From contig NC_000964.3 of assembly GCF_000009045.1 (NCBI RefSeq), forward strand, positions 2,010,001-2,042,000: DNA of 32,000 bases. Reading direction: 5' to 3'. The translations under genes were made by a program, and so were the position numbers. Positions 26,797 to 32,000 of the stretch are shown here, in pieces (the stretch's first letter is position 1; each line of letters starts with the position of its first letter). The notes beneath the pieces were generated by a model. The model searched no databases and was not told the origin of the DNA. It was given only the letters and a program-made list of their open reading frames with translations. The stretch comes from Bacillus subtilis subsp. subtilis str. 168 (GTDB lineage: Bacteria > Bacillota > Bacilli > Bacillales > Bacillaceae).

Positions 26797-26825
26797 GAAT
26801 ATTTAGTACATAGATCAATTAGTTA
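26797..26825 (-). other. replication terminator (Ter) site, co-oriented with the 8404-8432 site (probably TerIII)
   Basis: The minus strand reads TAACTAATTGATCTATGTACTAAATATTC, a full match to the Ter consensus. Its 17-nt core is identical to that of the 8287-8303 site. Confidence 0.85.
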
Positions 26826-26937
26826 TCTTTAGCATCAGTTTGAAATAATTTTATTATGTAAACTTAAATAAGCAATGTTATTCCTTTCATATAAAATAGT
26901 TTACATTTTTATAAAATCGCTTCACTTTTCTATTTTG

Positions 26938-27027
26938 TCAGCAAAAAAACTGAACCACATTAAACTTATGAAACCTGCCGCACCTGTGGATTGCAAATAT
27001 GATATAAGCCCATAGAGGTAAATCCAT
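26938..27027 (-). CDS. 29-aa hydrophobic/basic peptide ORF (hypothetical)
   Basis: Not in the track. ATG lies 7 nt after a strong SD (AGGAGGG) and 35 nt downstream of the preceding membrane ORF. It reads MDLPLWAYIIFAIHRCGRFHKFNVVQFFC. Confidence 0.3.
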   Translation of the reverse strand: MDLPLWAYIIFAIHRCGRFHKFNVVQFFC

Positions 27028-27062
27028 ACACTTTCCCTCCTAAGAATTAAATGAAATTTCTT

Positions 27063-27368
27063 TCATCTTACATGAAGGTCTTCTTTCTTTTGTTTATCCA
27101 GTGTAATACTTAATAATATGTTGATGAATGCAGCTGGAAAATATATAAATCCCACTCCAAGAATGCCTAGTATCGTACTTAAACTTACTATGTAATTCTT
27201 TGTCATCGTTTGACTGTCAATCAATATTAGAAGTGAAATCAATCCAGCTAAAACACCTATAAACCAAGCATCGCCAACAGCATAAGAATCATCCAGCATC
27301 CCTAACCATCGCCCCAATATAGAGCTCCCAATGGCAGTCAAACTGGATAAAAATATGAGTGCTTTCAT
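27063..27368 (-). CDS. 101-aa integral membrane protein (3 TM segments), function unknown
   Basis: ATG 27368 (MKALIFLSS..) follows SD AAAGGAGGAGAA. The track ORF adds 19 codons that overlap the SD. Confidence 0.7.
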
Positions 27369-27490
27369 TTCTTCTCCTCCTTTAAAGCCAATCAAACTGG
27401 TAGAAATCGGCCATTGAATCCCCATTATCGAATGGTTACCATTTCATTTCCACATTAACATTTTAAAGCTCATTACAATACGATTCAAGC

Positions 27491-27520
27491 AGAAAAACCC
27501 TACATAACGTATATATAGGG
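27491..27520 (-). terminator. possible terminator after oxdD
   Basis: Interrupted stem CCCTA.ATA / TAT.TAGGG, followed on the minus strand by TTTTTCT. Confidence 0.4.
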
Positions 27521-27600
27521 ATTTAATAAAACACAGGCCAAAATTCAGCTCTATCTACTTTAAAAAGATATGAAGGGCAGCTGTGTGATCTGTTACGTCT

Positions 27601-28779
27601 TTACGTACCGGGATATTTCACAACAGGCACTTTCTTCTTGCGCAGAGAATCAAGCATGACTGATCCAGCATTCAAGTTGCTTTGTACTAATTCTTTAGGC
27701 GTCAATGCCATCCACTGATTGAGTGACACATCTGCATAGCGGTTACTTTTGAACATTTCTAAAAACCATAATGTTTCTGTACCAGTGTTTTGTATATAGT
27801 GTCCGGCATTAGAAGGCACGTATCCAACGTCGCCTGCTCTATAATCAAATGTGCGGGCAGTCCCATTTCCGATAAATACCGTCATTCGTCCCTGTCCTGT
27901 TAGATAATATTGCCACTCATCGCTATTGGGATGCCAATGAAGCTCTCTCATCGCGCCAGGCTCAATCTGAACAAGTGCAGCGGCTATCGTTTTTGAAATT
28001 GGGAAGTTAGAAGAATCCACAATTCGTACACTCCCCCCTGGCATTTGAATTGGGGGTTGATTTAACAGCTCGTGTTTAAAGGTCATGGGGACTTTTCCAT
28101 ATGGTGACTGAATGTCTTCACTGGCGACTGATCCCGGCACATTCCCTTGGTAGATATAGACTTGCTCAGACGGAAGAGAGTTGAAAGCATTCTCCGGGAC
28201 ACCGAAATTTGCAGACAGAACATCTTTTGGTGTGTGTGCAAGCCAATCTGAAATGGTTAACGTTGAAAACTCAGAAAAGTTCCCATCATCGAAAACGAGC
28301 AGAAACTCGCAGTGTTCCAATCCCTGTATGGAATGCGGAATTCCTGCCGGGAAGTACCAAAGGTCGCCGGGACCAACATCAGCAATGAAATTTCGTCCGT
28401 CTTGGTCAACAGCGGTGATACGTGCCCGTCCCAAAAGCATATAAGCCCACTCCGCTTGCTTATGCCAATGAAGCTCGCGGACGCCTCCCGCAGTTAAGCT
28501 CATGTTTACACCTGCAATCGCAGTCGAAATCGGAAGCTGTCTTACGGTGATTTCTCTTGACCAGCCGCCGTGATCTAATTTCATGGGAGCGTCTGAGAAT
28601 GAAAATCTCAAGTTAGGAATCATACCCTCATCTGTAACAGGCGGAACAAATATATTCGGATTTTGAATATCCCGTATTATATTTCGCGGGCCTGTATCAA
28701 TAGCTCCAGCTCCATCACTTCGAATAGGCTGCGGCACGTTTCTGTCTTCATGATTGATTGGTTGTTGTTCCAACAGCAT
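27601..28779 (-). CDS. oxdD: bicupin oxalate decarboxylase (spore-associated)
   Basis: 392 aa starting at [14 protein letters not shown] after ACGAGGTG. It has two cupin Mn motifs ([21 protein letters not shown]). The track ORF begins 8 codons upstream at a TTG. Confidence 0.92.
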
Positions 28780-28813
28780 GCACCTCGTTTTAGAAATGAA
28801 CAAGATTTTATTT

Positions 28814-28841
28814 CAGCCTATGCAGAATCTTAGATTGCTGT
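28814..28841 (-). promoter_or_regulatory. SigK-like promoter candidate for oxdD
   Basis: Minus strand AC, 17-nt spacer, CATAGGCTG, against the SigK consensus AC-N17-CATANNNTA (one mismatch). Confidence 0.35.
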
Positions 28842-28857
28842 GCCTAGGAATCCGCAA

Positions 28858-28885
28858 ATAAAAAAGTGACCACCAATGTGATCAC
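28858..28885 (-). terminator. terminator after yoaO
   Basis: On the minus strand, GTGATCAC-ATTG-GTGGTCAC (one G-U pair) is followed by TTTTTT. Confidence 0.7.
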
Positions 28886-28901
28886 AAATACATCAAATAA
28901 A

Positions 28902-29390
28902 CTATTTTTTATACCATGGCTTCTTATGTAATTTGATTGCTTCTGTCTGTTTTTTCTGGCCTGTCCTCCACTCCACTTTTACTAATACATCATGACCTAT
29001 CACTTCATCTTCAGGCATATAATCAAAGGTGGAAATATGGTCCTCCATGCGTCCCCCACCCGGCATTTCATCACCTGTGTACTCCGATAAGTCGTACTCA
29101 TCTACGTTATCATCTTGATACTTTTCGCCATCTACATACAGAGTAATTCTTTCAACAACAGTCCACTTTTCTTCCTTCTTACTCCCCTGCCAATATAGAT
29201 TTAGAAAATAATTGGGTCCAATTGAAGTTTTGTCTGATTTTTCAAGGTTAGACATCCACAGTCCGCTTTTCCCGCTGCCCTCATATTTCACTTTGTTCCC
29301 TGACACCATTACAAATAATGTGATGATGCAGATGATCAAGAATCCAGCAATGATCAATAGCCATTTCTTAATATTGTTCTTTTTTCTCAT
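28902..29390 (-). CDS. yoaO: membrane-anchored protein of unknown function
   Basis: ATG 29390 follows GTGAGGA. It has an N-terminal basic stretch and TM segment (WLLIIAGFLIICIITLFVMV), then an acidic extracytoplasmic domain. Confidence 0.8.
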   Translation of the reverse strand: MRKKNNIKKWLLIIAGFLIICIITLFVMVSGNKVKYEGSGKSGLWMSNLEKSDKTSIGPNYFLNLYWQGSKKEEKWTVVERITLYVDGEKYQDDNVDEYDLSEYTGDEMPGGGRMEDHISTFDYMPEDEVIGHDVLVKVEWRTGQKKQTEAIKLHKKPWYKK

Positions 29391-29609
29391 GTTTTTCCTC
29401 ACTTTCCTAACTTTTTAGTAGGAAAATACGATCAAAATGTTACCGAAAAGAAAATAAGAAAGGGCTAATGATCTAACAGATGACTGTCTAAACTTTTGAC
29501 TTAAATTAAAGTGCTTTCTAAAGACAAGATTAAAACGTATAACAGCTCTTAAATGCATTTTTTGTTTCATTGAGTCAAGAACCTTAAAATGGCTTTTTAT
29601 TATTAAAAA

Positions 29610-30365
29610 TCAAGCTAGTGTATTAAGTAACTTTTCAAATTTATTTATACTCATGATCTCGTGAGTCACAAATCTCCCATCAAAAAAAACGCTAAAAGTT
29701 GTCCAAATAGCTGGTGACTTTTGTGCCTCTTCTTTCGATGATAACTGAATTGACTGAAATTGAACCCCTTTCTTTTCAGTCAATTCCCGCAAATCATTTA
29801 TCATGCCCACTGCAAACGGACACTGAGCTGTATAGTATATCGTAATCCCCTTTTCATTGATAGAATCACTTTTCACCTGGCTCTTAAATGCAGGAGAATC
29901 TGCAAGGCCATTCCAAGTCAAAGCCATTAATTGAAAATAAGGGGCAGCTTCATCTTGTAGAGTAAACCCCATATGCTCAAAGAAATGCTTATCACTTAAA
30001 TAGGGCAGTTTTTTCTTGCCTGCGATATGGATAATGCCATCCATGCCGCACGCTTTCGCATCTGCTATACATTTGTCCAACAATCGTTTCGCATGACCGT
30101 TATTTTTATATCTGCCAGACACCCACAGACAATTAATGTACATAAAATTAGGCGCATTGATAGGCACCCATGCCTCATTCGCAGGTAGGTATTCAATAAA
30201 GACTTTTGCCCGTTCATGTAAGCGATAGAACACCAATCCTTCATCCATTCGAGCTTTGAGCCATCTCTTCTTTTCATTAACTGCATGCTCATATTGTTTC
30301 GTGCTTAATGCACAGCAAATATGATTGTCTTCAATATTGTCCTTTGTGATTTCAATGTAGCACAT
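29610..30365 (-). CDS. yoaP: GNAT acetyltransferase fused to a YoaP-type thioredoxin-fold C-terminal domain
   Basis: 251 aa with a strong SD (GGGGGGAAAGAGGAG), a GNAT core (VSGRYKNNGHAKRLL) and a C-terminal region containing a CPFA motif. Confidence 0.85.
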   Translation of the reverse strand: MCYIEITKDNIEDNHICCALSTKQYEHAVNEKKRWLKARMDEGLVFYRLHERAKVFIEYLPANEAWVPINAPNFMYINCLWVSGRYKNNGHAKRLLDKCIADAKACGMDGIIHIAGKKKLPYLSDKHFFEHMGFTLQDEAAPYFQLMALTWNGLADSPAFKSQVKSDSINEKGITIYYTAQCPFAVGMINDLRELTEKKGVQFQSIQLSSKEEAQKSPAIWTTFSVFFDGRFVTHEIMSINKFEKLLNTLA

Positions 30366-30672
30366 CTCCTCTTTCCCCCCTTTAACATAATTACATGGAA
30401 TTCAACTTCACACTTTACATGCCTAATAGAATAAATACCCGTTCCAACTTAAATACTTTTTCTTTTCCATTTTGCCAATTAACTGTAAAACCCTTCTTTT
30501 ATTCAGATATTATCTTGATTCCTATATCACCCATTTCAAATCCAAAGTGTGTTCATCTTTGAGGATTAGATGCACTGCTTATGCTATAAATACAGTACAC
30601 GAAGTTTTTTATTTGAAGTAATATTTGTTACGGGACAGCAATAGTAAATAAGTGATAAAAGGGGAATTAAAC

Positions 30673-31029
30673 TTGGTGGAAAAATGTTATTCTTGTTTAA
30701 TTTGCGGATACAAAGGATTAATTCAAAATCCTTTGTATAAAGGCGAGTATCAAAAAACGTTTGACATTTGTCCATGTTGCGGTTTTGAATTTGGCTACAG
30801 TGAGGATCATGATGTGAGGTTAGGTTTTATTGTAACTCCTGATCATTTAATTGAGGCTGCATTTCAATTGTATCGCAAACAATGGCTTGAGAGCGGGATG
30901 GTAATTGCTCATCCGGAAGATATTCCAGAAGAATTGAAAAATGGCAATTGCTTAAAATTTGAAGTTTTGTTGAAACAATTGAAAAAACTAAATCTTGACA
31001 TAGAAAATTTTGAAATTAGCGGTTTTTAA
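30673..31029 (+). CDS. yoaQ: small cysteine-rich CPCC-motif protein
   Basis: TTG 30673 lies 8 nt after SD AAAGGGGA. Motifs CYSCLICG ... CPCCGFEFGYSEDHD give a zinc-ribbon-like four-Cys arrangement. Confidence 0.8.
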   Translation: MVEKCYSCLICGYKGLIQNPLYKGEYQKTFDICPCCGFEFGYSEDHDVRLGFIVTPDHLIEAAFQLYRKQWLESGMVIAHPEDIPEELKNGNCLKFEVLLKQLKKLNLDIENFEISGF

Positions 31030-31114
31030 TGATGAAACAGGTTGCACTTGTTTAGGTTTCACTGTCATTATCAGTAAAATGTTAAGTTGAAATGCGCAAT
31101 CAGTCACAAAGTCT

Positions 31115-31315
31115 CTATTCGTATTCAATAAAGACTTTGTGATCATCGACAAACATTTCACTCCCATCGGATAAAGTATCCAAAAGGCCTCCTCTGGTTC
31201 TTCTCTATAGTCATTAATCACAGTCACTTTGACATTTGACTCAGCTATGATTGGTTTTCCAACAATTTTTCGTTTTTTCCTCAGGCAAAGTAAGAGATCG
31301 AATCATCAAAGCCAT
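31115..31315 (-). pseudogene. possible decayed small ORF, with two frame changes at homopolymer runs
   Basis: Three consecutive partial frames: MALMIRSLTLPEEKTK / KIVGKPIIAESNVKVTVINDYREEPEEAF / LDTLSDGSEMFVDDHKVFIEYE*. The junctions fall in A6/A5 and T4 runs. Confidence 0.3.
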
Positions 31316-31329
31316 TCCATCTTTACTGT

Positions 31330-31827
31330 CTAATTAACGCCATCTTCAGTGAATTTAAAGGTCTGTTTTAAATTGCGTCCTTCTTGCCCCTTCTGTGTCC
31401 AAATTATAACAACCTCTAATTCAGAGGCCTTATCTGCCAGCATAAAATGATTGAACTTCAGCGGTGAGCCATCATTTAAACTTTCAGCTAACATTTTAGA
31501 ATCTTCTTTTGGTTTGACACAATTTTCATCGGGACATCCAAAAAGCGAAAACCTTGTGATTGAATTAGGGTCATTTCTATACAATTGCACATCCACTGTA
31601 GCTGCTTTTTCCCCTATATTTTTGACTTCCAAGGAATATACTTGATATTCTCCTTTATGAGGTCTCGTAAATTCCTTTACATTTTTTGCTTCACTTACTT
31701 TTACTGACCACTGGTCTGTTTTTTGTGTAATAGGCAACACCGTAAAAGTCAGGGCATGCGCTTTTGATTGGCAAAACGTAAATCCAACTGCTGTAAAAAC
31801 AATTACAGAAAATAATACCCTTTTCAC
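31330..31827 (-). CDS. yozF: secreted protein of unknown function
   Basis: GTG start 9 nt after AGGAGGG, with signal peptide MKRVLFSVIVFTAVGFTFCQSKAHA. The mature part is beta-rich. Confidence 0.8.
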   Translation of the reverse strand: MKRVLFSVIVFTAVGFTFCQSKAHALTFTVLPITQKTDQWSVKVSEAKNVKEFTRPHKGEYQVYSLEVKNIGEKAATVDVQLYRNDPNSITRFSLFGCPDENCVKPKEDSKMLAESLNDGSPLKFNHFMLADKASELEVVIIWTQKGQEGRNLKQTFKFTEDGVN

Positions 31828-31927
31828 TTCATTTATCCCTCCTTCCTTTCACTGGCCGCTCCTTAAAGAATTGATTTTGAGCAATCTACAAGCTCTCTTA
31901 ACCAAAACCTTACCTGAGGTTTTGTCT

Positions 31928-32000
31928 TTACTGCTCTGCATTTATTTCTTTCGGTATCCGAGAAGGAGCTTTGGGGATTTTTCTCAATCTGCTGTTAATC
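31928..32000 (-). CDS. 3' end of a gene continuing right of the window (probably yoaR)
   Basis: Open minus-strand frame to the window edge, ending ...INSRLRKIPKAPSRIPKEINAEQ*. A short hairpin (31903-31924) follows. Confidence 0.4.
   Translation of the reverse strand, partial: INSRLRKIPKAPSRIPKEINAEQ

Noticed and set aside
30988-31227. 79-aa minus-strand ORF treated as an intact gene
   Set aside because: It has a GTG start without an SD. Its 3' part runs through unrelated sequence and overlaps the convergent yoaQ. It is better explained as the middle fragment of a frameshifted remnant (see finding).
1-32000. Search by eye for CRISPR arrays, IS or transposon ends, integrases, tRNA/rRNA genes, restriction-modification, toxin-antitoxin or other defence modules
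   Set aside because: None was found. There are no regularly spaced direct repeats, no recombinase or transposase-like ORFs, no cloverleaf-like tRNA sequences and no nuclease, ATPase or reverse-transcriptase ORFs typical of defence systems.

Overview
The window matches my memory of the Bacillus subtilis 168-type chromosome terminus region, judged from protein sequences and gene order only; no database search was possible. Left to right it holds: the gltB start, gltA, divergent gltC, proJ-proH, rtp with two inverted Ter sites, yoxD, yoxC-yoxB-yoaA, the S-box (SAM-I riboswitch) operon yoaD-yoaC-yoaB, divergent yoaE-yoaF, yoaG, two small hydrophilic ORFs, yoaH (MCP), yoaI, yoaJ (expansin), yoaK, pelB, yoaM (SRAP), a third Ter site, small membrane ORFs, oxdD (yoaN), yoaO, yoaP, yoaQ, a decayed ORF, yozF and probably the yoaR 3' end. 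I saw no rRNA, tRNA, CRISPR array, transposase, integrase or recognisable defence gene. Most antisense ORFs in the track look spurious, and several longest-ORF starts should move to internal starts that have Shine-Dalgarno (SD) sequences. I found no clearly novel multi-gene system. The best candidates for unexplained biology are the SAM-riboswitch-gated yoaDCB module, whose enzymes fit no known methionine or SAM pathway step, the UDG-like YoxB, and the AT-rich orphan-gene islet at about 26.7-32 kb. The three-site polar replication fork trap is the most striking non-coding structure, but it is established biology.
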